From positions 103,106,001 to 103,170,000 of the forward strand of contig OZ024740.1 of the NCBI GenBank assembly GCA_964016885.1: a stretch of 64,000 bases of DNA, in the 5' to 3' direction. A program made the translations under genes and the position numbers. The first letter of the stretch is position 1; each line of letters starts with the position of its first letter. Positions 15,872 to 32,095 of the stretch are shown here, piece by piece. The notes beneath the pieces were generated by a model that saw only the letters and a program-made list of their open reading frames with translations, was not told the origin of the DNA and made no database searches. Source of the stretch: Eledone cirrhosa. Its lineage: Eukaryota.

Positions 15872-17500
15872 TAACAGATTAAAGTTTAAGCAAAGAATCG
15901 CTGCTTTCACCCTTAACGGGATCTTCTGAAATTTAGCTAAAATACCTAGCCGTAGGAACACGTGCAACCCTGTAGTTAGTACTAACTGTAATTGTAGGAA
16001 TCGGGCTGATTGTCCCCTATCCGGGAAATGCCTCTCTAGTAACATTGTCTACAAATGTAAGGTTGTAACACCCACGTCCCGTAGGGCCTACATAGGGTTA
16101 ACCGCCAATAGTTTCAAGCAGCGTCTTTACATGCATACCCATTCTTTTCGTTACCCTCTAAGAAGGAATATGACGTCACTTTCAGCTTATATCTGGAGTC
16201 TAAAAGACAACCACACCAAATATAAGTTACACTGGGAGATCCTAGCTAGGGCTAGATCGTATAACGGAAATAAAAGACCATGTGACCTCTGCGCCGCTGA
16301 GGCCCTGGAAATACTCTACGCCACAGACCACATCTTAAACAAAAAATCTGAGGCAATTTCGGCTTGTAAACATAAATTGCACAAAACTTTCCTGTATTAC
16401 AGCCCTACGTTATACCCTAACGGATAGCACGATCTATACGTGGATATTTTCGTCTTGATGTGGGAGCTAAGTATATGTTTTGTTTATTCCTTTACTTTTT
16501 GCATAGGTAAGTATATATTACCCGTATGTTTTGTGAAGGTATGTATACCTTCTCGTACGTATATTTGACTGTTTTGGCGTATAATTTTTACATATTCTGG
16601 TATTTAGGGCTTGGTTATGTGTATATGGGAGGTTTGCGTCTGCGTGAGTATGCAGGTTCGTACGTATGGTGGGTGTGTGTATATGTGTACTTCTTGTTTT
16701 AGTTGATTTACGTCTCAGAACCTTCATGTATTTATTTGTAGGTATGTGTGTGCGCTTGTTATATACGTATTTATTTACTTATATACGTTTATATAATTAT
16801 TTATTTATTTGTACACAAGCATACACACATACACATATTTATATTGCGTGGTTTTGTATACCTATGGTAAGGTTTTGCGTATGCTTGTGTATGTACGTAT
16901 CTGTTTGCGTGTATGTATTTATTTGTTCCTATTACTTCTGTAATGTATTTATTTACTTTGTTCTTAACTCTGTAGCGGAGATTCATTCGGTCTCCTAGTT
17001 AGAATTTTAGTCTACGACTTCTGCTATACCATTTACGTGGTTTTGTCTTTGCACGCTATTGTTCTCCACGCTCCACATATGACTTATTATCTTTGTTTTT
17101 TCGTTCATTGCCAGAGAACGTCTCTATGCACCACTTAGAGAACATTAGTCTACGACCTCTTTTATACCATAAACGTGGTTCTGTCCTTGCACGTAATTGT
17201 TTTTCACCGCTCCTATTAATGACGTATTATTCGTTTTTTTTCCGTTCTTTGCCAGCGAACGTCACCATGAACCAAAGTATCGTCTTCCTGTCTTCCTCCG
17301 GTTGCAACGTTTTTTGAAATATCCAGTTCTGCGTTTACAGATTGACTTTGTTAGTTTCAGAAGATCCCGTTAAGGGTGAAAGCAGCGATTCTTTGCTTAA
17401 ACTTTAATCTGTTATTTTAATAAATATTTGCTCTTCGGTTCTTATATATTTGATATATATTTTCCTTATCGAGTCCTCTCTGGATTTTAGTCTTCAATTT
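15864..17500 (+). mobile_element. 5'-truncated Penelope-like element (GIY-YIG + 3' region) with 68-bp 5' inverted end
   Basis: About 15987-16427 reads CNCRNRADCPLSGKC..NIVYKC..YIGLTANSFKQRLYMH..CDLC; 15864-15931 is the reverse complement of about 17355-17422. Confidence 0.88.
17353..17403 (+). ncRNA. Type I hammerhead fold with variant core CAGAAGA
   Basis: AGTTT-CAGAAGA-t-CCC-gttaa-GGG-t-GAAA-GCAG-cgattct-TTGC-TT-AAACT; all stems pair; U4 replaced by A. Confidence 0.72.
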
Positions 17501-17509
17501 TATTATTAT

Positions 17510-17572
<63 letters not shown>

Positions 17573-17579
17573 ATATATA

Positions 17580-18020
17580 TATCAATGATATTAATAAATG
17601 GAAACTATATTTATAAAACCATATTTATTCTATTATATATATTTCAAGGGTACCAAAACTTTGGTACGCCCTCATCAGATAAAATACAAAGTTTGTTTTA
17701 TAAATAGTGACGGTTGAAGTTCCGTTTGGATAGTGAAAGGAAAAGGGGAAGAAAGGAAAAAACAAATATTTCTAATTATTTTGATGAATATACAAATGAA
17801 GTTGAAGCGTAGGGCTGAAAAAATCGTTATTTTTAGACGCTAGGTAGATTTAAATAATTATTAGGATATATATATGTGGGAAGAAGAAAGAGCAGCTTTT
17901 ATTACTAGTATTACAGTGTACGTGAATTTAAAAATTGAAACGTTAAAAATTAAAAGTTTGTTAAAGTGGTGGAATATCAATCCAGAATTTAAAAAAATAT
18001 TTAACTAAATCAAAAGTTAT
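17580..18020 (-). mobile_element. Solo PLE 3' end related to the 6203-9097 element
   Basis: Minus strand aligns with about 8960-9095 (TTTTATAAATATAGTTTCCATTT shared) and carries the homologous HHR. Confidence 0.75.
17626..17686 (-). ncRNA. Type I hammerhead ribozyme
   Basis: TATTTTAT-CTGATGA-GGGc-GTACCAAA-g-TTTTGGTAC-CCTT-GAAA-TATATA-TA-ATAGAATA. Confidence 0.82.
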
Positions 18021-18026
18021 AATATT

Positions 18027-18440
18027 ATGCTGAGGAGGATATTAGAGGGAGCTAGAGCAAAGTGCCTTCCTGCGGTCATGGTTTTCATTGACTTTAGGAA
18101 GGCCTACACGAGAATGCTGAGGATGTCTCTGAACATTAATCAGTATACACTGAGGATAAAAAACTCAAATCTGTATGGGAGCCTCCCTAAAGTCAGTTCA
18201 AAGGTGACACAGAGGAGACTGAGGTTAGCTGGACATGCTCGCTGACATCCAGAGTTGATATTGCACTCAGCGCTCCTGTGGGAGCCCCTATATGGACACA
18301 CTAGAAGAGGAAGACCAAGGTTAACGTATGTTGATGCCCTAAGGATCTGTTGGAGACGCAGGACATGGCAGCGATAATGAGGGACAGAGACCGCTGGAGA
18401 GAACTCGTCCATGGATCTCGGGAATTTTACACGCCCTAGA
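18027..18440 (+). mobile_element. Internally deleted RTE-like LINE fragment
   Basis: LRRILEG..VFIDFRKA fused to LYGSLPKVS..RRLRLAGH..RGRPRLTYVD. Confidence 0.75.
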
Positions 18441-18559
18441 TATATGAAGAATTATGGTTGTAAGTACATTTTATCTTATTATATTACAACAGGTTGTAAG
18501 TATATAAATATCTATATAGATTAATAAATATATAAATATAAATATTATTGGTGATTATA

Positions 18560-18750
18560 TGCTGATTGGCAGTATCGGTAGCGGGTCGAACGCCATGCTT
18601 TGACTCATAGAATTACGACCCTTGCCATTCTGAGTTCAAATCCCGCCAAGGTTAACTTTGCCTTTCATCCTTACGGGGTCGATAAAATAAAGTACCAGTA
18701 ATGTACTGGGTATTTGCTGGCTTTGTGCCAAAAGTAGAAACAGTTATTTT
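18560..18750 (+). mobile_element. tRNA-derived SINE with Meta-like central domain (other copies ~29775-29950, 30690-30870(-), 47470-47600(-), 48650-48760, 58900-59020)
   Basis: B-box GAGTTCAAATCCC then AACTTTGCCTTTCATCCTTACGGGGTCGATAAAATAAAGTACCAG; Meta-domain assignment is from memory of the motif. Confidence 0.8.
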
Positions 18751-18799
18751 TTATAGATATATAACACACGTATTAATTTGTTTATATTTCTAATATAAG

Positions 18800-21097
18800 T
18801 GTAGTGATAGACAGCATTGTAGTGACCTACGTTCCGCGGACTCACATACATTCTCTGTGCGTGATTTGGCTCAGCTCAGCCAATCAGCGCCAGCAGAAGA
18901 GAATGTATCCCTACGCGCCCTGAGGGAGAAATTCCCCGCGAGGATTTGAACAATCAGCCTCTCGCATCCTGAACTTCGAAGAGATTTTGCACTTTGGCCT
19001 GCCTCGGGCCTGGCGCAATGGCACATTCCTTTTGTAACCTTTTTAGGTTGAACTACAATCATACAATTTGGCAAACATTACTTTGTGCCACAACAAATAA
19101 ACATACTTTTCATCTCACGAACATTCTTCTTGTTGACGTTGTTATCAAGTTACTCGTTTGTCGATATGACTAACACATCTTTCTACCAAACTAATTACTG
19201 GTGGCGTTATTAACAATGTCATTATTTCTTTCACAACACATTAAAAATCCTCCTGTTATAATTACCTCCTGTTACACTGGTGAACCCGACCTGGGACGAT
19301 ATATTTCAACTAGTTAAAAAAAATGGTTACCCCATTTTCGTTGGAATGTGTCGACCAACATTTCGAACACGCAGCAAACTTTATTAACAAACTAGGAAAA
19401 ATACGCAGACACAGAAACGAACACACACACATGTGAAATTCTCGTTCAGACAGACTCTTTTTCTCTCACCTAACGTGATATATTTTTTTCGGACTACAGA
19501 ATCCCTCCGACCGCTTTAGACATGGATTTCTCTTCGCATACACTGTCTTACAACGAACACTAAAAAAAAAAAAAAAATTGATTTTTTTTTTTTTACACAT
19601 TTCAACATGAACATTTATTTTTGCTGAATCTCAACTATTGCTTATTCTTTCCACCAAGCCTTTTTTCATCGTTCACTAAAAAAAAAAAATTCCAAATGGC
19701 GTCTTTTGCTCTATTTGCTTTCATTGTCGGCCATCTTGTCTTCTTGGTTTCGTCATTTTTTCCCGCGCATTTTCAACTCGATTTTCAATTTCACTTAGCA
19801 CGCGTGTACTGTGCACACATCTCGATCCACTGAGAATACACACGCCTTGCTATTAATTTGAACAATCAGCCTCTCGCATCCTGAACTTCGAAGGAATAAC
19901 ATGTAACAGTGAGATTTTGCACTTTGGCCTGCCTCGGGCCTGGCACATTCCTTTTGTAACCTTTTTTAGGTTGAACTACAATCATACAATTTAACAAAAC
20001 ATTACTTTGTGCCACAACAAATAAACATACTTTTCATCTCACGAACATTCTTCTTGTTGACGTTGTTATCAAGTTACTCGTTTGTCGATATGACTAACAC
20101 ATCTTTCTACCAAACTAATTACTGGTGGCGTTATTAACAATGTCATTATTTCTTTCACAACACATTAAAAATCCTCCTGTTATAATTACCTCCTGTTACA
20201 CTGGTGAACCCGACCTGGGACGATATATTTCAACTAGTTAAAAAAAATGGTTACCCCATTTTCGTTGGAATGTGTCGACCAACATTTCGAACACGCAGCA
20301 AACTTTATTAACAAACTAGGAAAAATACGCAGACACAGAAACGAACACACACACATGTGAAATTCTCGTTCAGACAGACTCTTTTTCTCTCACCTAACGT
20401 GATATATTTTTTTCGGACTACAGAATCCCTCCGACCGCTTTAGACATGGATTTCTCTTCGCATACACTGTCTTACAACGAACACTAAAAAAAAAAAAAAA
20501 ATTGATTTTTTTTTTTTTACACATTTCAACATGAACATTTATTTTTGCTGAATCTCAACTATTGCTTATTCTTTCCACCAAGCCTTTTTTCATCGTTCAC
20601 TAAAAAAAAAAAATTCCAAATGGCGTCTTTTGCTCTATTTGCTTTCATTGTCGGCCATCTTGTCTTCTTGGTTTCGTCATTTTTTCCCGCGCATTTTCAA
20701 CTCGATTTTCAATTTCACTTAGCACGCGTGTACTGTGCACACATCTCGATCCACTGAGAATACACACGCCTTGCTATTAATTTGAACAATCAGCCTCTCG
20801 CATCCTGAACTTCGAAGGAATAACATGTAACAGTGAGATTTTGCACTTTGGCCTGCCTCGGGCCTGGCACATTCCTTTTGTAACCTTTTTTAGGTTGAAC
20901 TACAATCATACAATTTAACAAAACATTACTTTGTGCCACAACAAATAAACATACTTTTCATCTCACGAACATTCTTCTTGTTAACGTTGTTATCAAGTTA
21001 CTCGTTTGTTCATATGACTAACACATCTTTCTACCAAACTGGTTACTGGTGGCGTTATAACAATTACATTATTTCCTCTAACAACTTTGTTACTACA
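18800..21097 (+). mobile_element. LTR-retrotransposon-derived tandem array (~924 bp period; LTR + PBS + leader), non-coding
   Basis: ATTTGAACAATCAGCC at about 18944, 19856 and 20780; starts TGTAGTGA and ends TTACTACA; GTTACA-c-TGGTGAACCCGAC (tRNA-Trp-type PBS, one mismatch) at 19278 and 20202. Confidence 0.65.
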
Positions 21098-21099
21098 TT

Positions 21100-22273
21100 A
21101 AATTACCGTTATCATCTGCTAAATAAGTTACGAAGGATGTTGAGTTTACATTTTAAATATATAGTTAAGAAAAAAGACGTAGTTCAAATCTTAAGAGAAG
21201 AACATTTTGTACATTCAAATAGTTTCATAAAAAATTGAAAATATTTACAGAAAATTATTAAGTTAGCGAAATTACATAGAATTTAACATACAAGTTACTA
21301 TGCAGTATGTCAATGTTTGCTCAATTGTAAAGGAAAAGATAACTCCAATATTATTTGTTAAACTATTAATGTTAGATTTGATGGATAATTTTCTTAGAAA
21401 ATGCGGAAAGTAAGTAGAGAAAATTATATATTATTTTGTGTGAGATTATAAGGTATTTTATATTACATGTTTTCAAGGATGAGAATTTCAATTATATATG
21501 TATTTAGATACTATCTACGTCGATAGATGTGTGAAAAGTTTGAAAATTAACAGAAGAAAAAAATATATTATTAGTGAAGAGTGCATTTAGAAAAACTATC
21601 GTAAAGAGGATATCATTCAAAATATAAATTAAAAAGTATCAATCTAAAAAAATACATTAAGAAGAGTATCATTTGGAAAAGAATATCACTGGTAAAAATA
21701 TTAATTTAAGAAGAAAAAGATCATTTAAAAAAACATCACTAAACAACAGAAGCATTGTAAAGATTTATAAGATGTAATCAAGTGTAATGAATATTATAGA
21801 TTAAAAATACTTCGGAAAGTGGTTCTTTGGCGATATCTGCAAGAATAATTCATTTTTTAAATTAATAGAATTTTGACAGTTAAGTATATAAAAAAATTTC
21901 CTCGATACACAAATGACAGATTCTTGGGAGATCCATATTTCAGTATGCGAGTGCTTTCGAAATCGTTCACCGAGATATTGAATAGTCTATATTATTTTCC
22001 TTCAAATACCAAATTAGATGTGAAAGTAATGTGGAAGAGTTTTTATCGGACCTATTAAATGTATGTTTGTGATTATACCAGCGTTCTTTGAATTTTGTAG
22101 AAGTAAAAACATGTAATATAAAATATTACTCTGTTTTCAAATCCATATTAAATAAATATTTCATATTATTTCTTCTGATGAATGAAGACAGACATAAATA
22201 TCTGTCTTCAAGAAACCACTGGTGAATGAAATAATTATTTTATGTTGTTTATTACATAACTACATAAATGTAC

Positions 22274-22275
<2 letters not shown>
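21100..22275 (+). mobile_element. Probable decayed PLE 3' region ending in an HHR motif
   Basis: AT-rich, with a faint GIY-YIG-like trace (KYI..H..SF); HHR motif at 22166-22234 just before (TA)n. Confidence 0.5.
22166..22234 (+). ncRNA. Hammerhead motif, probably inactive (GUG at cleavage site)
   Basis: TTATTTCTT-CTGATGA-a-TGAAGACAGA-cataaata-TCTGTCTTCA-a-GAAA-CCACTGG-TG-AATGAAATAA. Confidence 0.7.
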
Positions 22276-22341
<66 letters not shown>

Positions 22342-22371
22342 CCCCCCCCCCACATATATATATATATATAT

Positions 22372-25773
<3,402 letters not shown>

Positions 25774-25998
25774 TATTGGTACTCTGAAATAACGATGGAT
25801 ACATGAATGTACGTATAGCATATTGCCAATTATACTATATCTGGAATCAGCGATGATATATCTGTATGAAACGATCGTAACCTATTAAATGCCTTAAACA
25901 CAATTTGATTGTTATTTATGTTGTATTTCTGCTCTGTATTATATTTGATATTTTGTATTGAGCTATTTGTCTTACTGGTAATTGGGTAATATACAATA

Positions 25999-26092
25999 CT
26001 AGCTGAGGTACCCAGCTTCGCCAAGGTTAATAAATGATAAGAGAAGACCGGCAGAAGCGAAAACGTCTGTATTGAATGCATTGTCTTGTTTA

Positions 26093-26152
<60 letters not shown>

Positions 26153-27084
26153 GCGTGTGTGTGTGTAATCCACCGTCGGAATCGGAGACATAGGCCACGA
26201 AACACGATCATCACTGACAACGAACTCGCAGAGAGAATCCCTTATGGTTGATTCCCAGCCTGCTATATATAGCAGTCAGGTTGGTTTGCATACGAGGTAT
26301 GTCTTTCTTCTTCTTTGGTGTTATAAAATTAGTATCAATAAACTTTCCTGGATATACTCTTATCTCAATCCTGTACATACTTTCCGATTGTCACTTTTCG
26401 TTTTTTTTTCGTGTGATACGCGAAGGAACCAACCAGCAAACATCTCTCTTTTATATCTTTTATTTGTTCATTCAAAATATTTTTCAGCTAATTCTGTCGT
26501 ACAATATACATCAGAAAACATGAATAGCTGCGATATATGCACCATATCAATCAAAAACGATATGAGAATTGAATACCATACAAAGCGCCAGTAAGCTTGC
26601 TAAGAACCTGTAGATAGAAATGTTAATAAATACGACATTTGGCTTGAGTAAACTTTAAGATGTTCTTTCGTTGTAGGTTTCTTTTCTCCTTCTCTCCTTC
26701 TTCTCCTCTTCCTTAGCTCACCCTAGAGCATCCTACATACAATTGACCATGGCTTTCCCAGATGAAACTAAAAAAATCAATCTCTGAACACAGAAGTAAA
26801 TATTTCGAAAAACGTTGCAACCGAAAGAAAACAGGAAGATGATACTTTGGTTCGCGAAGACGTTAGGAATGTCGTATAACCGGAAGTGTTGACATTTAAA
26901 AATTTTAAAGAAGGGAATATTTAAATAATGTCTTTAATCTTTTAACAAAATTCAGTAGACGAAAATACCCTCACTTTCTTACTTGGAAAAAGTTACATCT
27001 ATGGTGCAAATTTGGTGCTGTTTGGTCCAGCCGCTTGGCGGAAAGTTTGTTACTTACATACAGCCGTCAGCTTTATAGTATAGA
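25999..27084 (-). mobile_element. Complete non-autonomous Helitron (1086 bp)
   Basis: Minus strand begins TCTATACTATAAAG and ends CCTTGGC-GAA-GCTGGG-tacctcag-CTAG, inserted between A and T; canonical Helitron termini. Confidence 0.85.
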
Positions 27085-27159
27085 TTACCCATATCTTATT
27101 CATCTTTTATATATAAATATAAATATAATCATTATTATTATTATATATATATATATATA

Positions 27160-28738
27160 TCATAATCATCATCATCGTTTAACGTCTATCTTCCACGCAA
27201 GCATGGGTTAAACAGGAGTTGTCCCAATTTGAGGCAAGATTGGTCGGGTGACTGTGTCTGGCTCGTATAGGACTATCTGGCAGGTTTTCTACGGCTGGAT
27301 GCCCTTCCTAACACCAACCACATTTACAGTGTGGACTGGGAACTTTTTACCGTGTTACCTACACGACCACATTATAGCGTGGACTGTGTGTTTTTTTTGT
27401 CGTGACACCTACATGATCTCGATCTCGCTCTCATTATCTCATTAATTTGGAGTGGATGTTGTGGTACCAACTTGGTGTTGGTAGGAGTAGGAGGATAGAG
27501 TAGGAGTAGTGGGTTGGGGTGTATATTGGTTAAGAGGTGCCTACTGACTGTAGATTTCGCTTTGTACATAGGCAAGGCGGGTCTTCTGTATTACTGCGTG
27601 GTGCCAAATATCTCGGTCCAGTGACATTGTCTTGGAGAAGTGCGACTGTGTGAGGTCGGAATTTATCAAATCATCCCAGGTTTTTCTGGGTCTACCTACT
27701 CCGCAACTTCCATCAATTTTGATCGCCCTGCACTTTATTATACAGCTGTCGTCCTTCATGCGCATCACGTGACCATACCAACGTAGTCTTCTCTCAAGTA
27801 AACAGCATCTGATCCCTCTTATTCCTAATTTCTCACTTACTTCATTTATGTTTTGCCGTCCGCGTATTACACATATCCAACGGAGCATGCATGCTTCGTT
27901 CCTTTCCAGTCTACGCAGGTCCTCTGCACACAATGCCCATGTCTCACTGCCATGTAGCATTGCTGTTCGTATACAGGCATCATACAATCTGCCTTTCATT
28001 TTTAGAGAGAAAACTTTTGTGGCCAACAGCGGTATAAACTCTCTGAACTTTTTCCATCCCGTTCTGACTCTGGCGACTGTACTTTCAGAGCACCCTCCAC
28101 CACTGCCGATTTTGTCACCCAGGTAACGGAAAATGTCCACTGTTTCTATAGAACCATCTGGGCAATAGAAGGAGTTAGTATCATGTAGGCACTTGTTACT
28201 TTTTGCACCTGAGCATCGGCCACATATAAAATCTACGTTCTTAGATAGCTTACCTGTGATCCCACTACACCGTTTATCCCATAGTTTACATTTGGGACAT
28301 AAAATGGAATTTCTACCTACTCCTTTCCTATACACTGAGCATGGCCATTTCCCAGAGGGCACCTGTGCTCTATTTTTCTTTCTACATACTAGAAGTTAAG
28401 CCTTAGACAAGTTAACTTTAAGGCCTTTTGATTCCAAGCCATGCTTCCATGTTCGGAATTTCTTCTCTAGTTCAGCCATAGATTCAGCTATGAGAGTTAG
28501 ATCATCTGCGTATAGGTGTTCCCATAGGCAGCCGGTCTTAAACTGCTCTGTTATAGCCTGAAGGGCAATAATAAACAGGAGGGAGCAAAGGACGGAGCCT
28601 TGATGAACACCAACTTTTACACTAAATTCTTCACAATATTCATTGTTAATTCTAACCTTACTGACTGTTTCATTATACATAACTTGTATAGCTCTCACAA
28701 GCCATTCACCTACACCTAGTTTTCTAAGAGCCCACCAA
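27160..28738 (-). mobile_element. 5'-truncated RTE-clade LINE
   Basis: VGVHQGSVL, LYADDLTL, KWPC..C..C zinc region, HGSETW, RRLRWYGHVMR; 3' UTR and (GAT)n tail shared with the 4371-5303 copy. Confidence 0.92.
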
Positions 28739-30990
28739 ATACACACACATATACATATATACACACATATATACATACACACACACATACACACACGCGC
28801 GCGCGCGCAATACATGTACGTTATACATGTAGAAAAGGCAAGGAGGTAAAGAGTACTTACATAACCTTAGTACCGAGAGGGGGCATGGAGGGGTAGGGGA
28901 GGGGATATTTTGTCTAGTGGCATTTTTTTTTTGAAAACTATCGTTCTGGCGGCAAGACTGGTTTGAAATATTTGTATGCTGCAAAGTTTTTGTGCATGCA
29001 ATTCGGGCAGTGTTCAGAGAGTTTGCTCAGTGTTGGGCCCTTGGCAAATAGTATTTCATAGCTCTCTGAAATACAAAGGTCGCAACACTTCTGTAAAACA
29101 TTGTTTCAAAATATCATGTCCAACCCATGCCAGCCTGGGGACATATATTGATGATGATGAAATATATCATATATGTCCTCATGTACACCTCTATTAGAAA
29201 TCATGCTGTGTTAGTGCTAATGCTAATTAATCCCAAGCAATCAGGCCTGAACAATACGCAAAGAGTATATGGGATATAGTTTATTCACTCACCCATACAC
29301 TCACATAGGTGCGTGCACACACACACATCATATGTTCTTGTGTCTATGTCACACAATTTTTTTTCCATGGAACAATAATGACAAAGCCACCAGTGTAACT
29401 TATCAACTGAATCTACAAGATCAGATATTTACTTTAAATGGTTCCCCCAAAAATGTTTAACATTACTTTCAATACCTAGCAGTCCATGAAATATTGTTTT
29501 TATTGTTAACAAATCGCCTGAAACCAACACCAGTTTTATGATACAAAACTGTTTATTTTAAGCACATATTTTTATCTAAAAGAAATCCTTCCATCATAAT
29601 TTTTATGTAAGAACCTTTGTTAAGTTACGTTCCAAACACCAGATAATAATGGCAAAGTTAGTTACATTACTAAATCCCTCCCATTTTGTTTTTATTAATT
29701 TCAAAATGATTTGAAAATCACAGGCAGTGCATTTCATTAGAAATATAGTTAACCCTTTCATTATCATGTAACTATTGGGCAGTGTTGGTAGAGGGTCAGA
29801 CATGCTTTCCAGCGTAGTTACGTCCCTTTACTATCTGAGTTCAAATCCCGCCGAGGTTAACTTTGCCTTTCATCCTTACGGGGTCGATAAAATAAAGTAC
29901 CAGTCATACACTGGTAATTGCTGGCCTTGTGCCAAAAGTAGAAACAATTATCATGTAACTAATGAATGACATTGTTTACAATTTTCAAATAATTTTGTGA
30001 ATAATCGAGAATTTAGTAATATAACTAACTTTTCCATTAATAAGTTGGTCCTTGGTGCATAATTTAACAAAGGCTCTCAAATAAAATTATTGATATGGCA
30101 TCCTTACGACTGACTCTCTCAGAAGTTACAGATCTATACCATAGCATATGCCAGGATAGTCAGAGTGTGTTACTTGTGTTATTGCTTACAACTAAATTTA
30201 ATAAACTGTGTTGTTACATGTCATTAAATAAATAAAATAGAATTATTAAATAAAGAAAATTCATCAACATTGTTAGTAGTAGTGGGTGGTGTTGAAAGAA
30301 AGAGAAAGGAGAATTATTTTCTCTATCCAATGCCAATGTGAAAGAAGTAAATAGTTACTTCCAGTCCAAGTTTTTGGACTGGAAGTAACTATTACCACAT
30401 TGTGGTAGCTTTCAAACAAAACCCTATTTTCCCAATTGAAATATCTTTTAAAACATATAAATACATTTTAAACTGATTACCCTTGCCGTTTTAAAACTTA
30501 TATAATTAAATATGCTTACAGGTCATCAGTGATTGTCCTTCACAGTCTTTTCATTAGACAGATTTTTCAAAGTGCTGATTCAAGTCCTTAGAATTAGATC
30601 TTGTTGCTGAGAACACTTCCCAGAATTGAATTCAAAGACAAAACCCACACTTTGGAGATACAAATATATTAATAATGATTTTTAATTTAAGGACTAGGGC
30701 AGGAGGGAAAAGTTGGTTTAATGCATTCCAGTACTTTACAGGTACTTTATTTTATTGAGCCTAGAAGAATGAAAGACAAAGTTGACTTCAGCAGGATTTG
30801 AACTCAGAATGTAAAGGGTTGTAACCAAATGCTACAAAGCACTTTGTCATCCAACAATTCTTCCAGTCCACCACCCTCAAAACTGTGTTAATAATAAAGT
30901 ACAATAACTGATACAAAAAAAACCAACTTATATATATATGTGTGTGTGTGTATATATATATATATGTATGCACGTATGCATGTATATATA

Positions 30991-32032
30991 TACTAAGAAT
31001 AATGAGTTCTAAACTCAAGCAGTCCTTTACAATGAAATAGCTCAAAGAAAGAAGTATTTCTGAGCGTGTAATACAAGTTAATATAAATTAATATATATGA
31101 TAAAACACAAATACCAACATATAAGTGTTTGTATTGTAAATGATTAAGTTAGCTAGATTGAAAAATACTAATTATAATAATACAGTTTGCCTGTCTCGAT
31201 TTAAAATAATAAATCAATAAAAACAAACGATATTGGCAAATGGCCGTGGTACTTGGACAAATTTAAATTTCAAAATCAAACCTGTTCCGTAGATAAGTTT
31301 AAACTTCAAAATCCAAATAAGTTTCGAAATGAAAAAGTGAAAAAATACCCCGTTCAGCTCTCCTCAGCAAGTACTCTGAACAATTGGTATGTTTCACTTC
31401 AAAATATTTAAAAAGACTGTTTAACGCACATGGTTTTCCAGTTTCTAGCTGCCGCATACTCGTTCTGCTAGAAATAACAGCCGTTTATATGGGGCTAAAG
31501 TTAGCTCTACATAAGGAGCAGTGATACTAAGAATAATGAGTTCTAAACTCAAGCAGTCCTTTACAATGAAATAGCTCAAAGAAAGAAGTATTTCTGAGCC
31601 GTGTAATACAAGTTAATAGAAATTAATATATATGATAAAACACAAATACCAACATATAAGTGTTTGTATTGTAAATGACTAAGTTAGCTAGATTGAAAAA
31701 TACTAATTATAATAATACAGTTTGCCTGTCTCGATTTAAAATAATAAATCAATAAAAACAAACGATATTGGCAAATGGCCGTGGTACTTGGACAAATTTA
31801 AATTTCAAAATCAAACCTGTTCTGTATCTACGGAACAGGTTTGATTTTGAAATTTAAATTTGTCCAAGTACCACGGCCATTTGCCAATATCGTTTGTTTT
31901 TATTGATTTATTATTTTAAATCGAGACAGGCAAACTGTATTATTATAATTAGTATTTTTCAATCTAGCTAACTTAGTCATTTACAATACAAACACTTATG
32001 TGTTTTATCATATATATTAATTTATATTAACT

Positions 32033-32037
<5 letters not shown>
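30991..32037 (-). mobile_element. Non-coding HHR element: 534-bp unit x1.55 plus foldback arm
   Basis: TACTAAGAATAATGAG at 30991 and 31525; hairpin tip near 31825; inverted arm to about 32037; (TA)n both sides. Confidence 0.8.
31295..31376 (-). ncRNA. Candidate type I hammerhead ribozyme
   Basis: GAGTacTTG-CTGAGGA-GAG...TTC-GAAA-CTT-atttggattttg-AAG-TT-TAAACTT; canonical core, weaker stems, GUU site. Confidence 0.58.

Positions 32038-32095
<58 letters not shown>

Noticed and set aside
19340-19455. CTGAACGA...GAAA on the minus strand of the 924-bp unit as an HHR
   Set aside because: 8-nt core and no stem I pairing.
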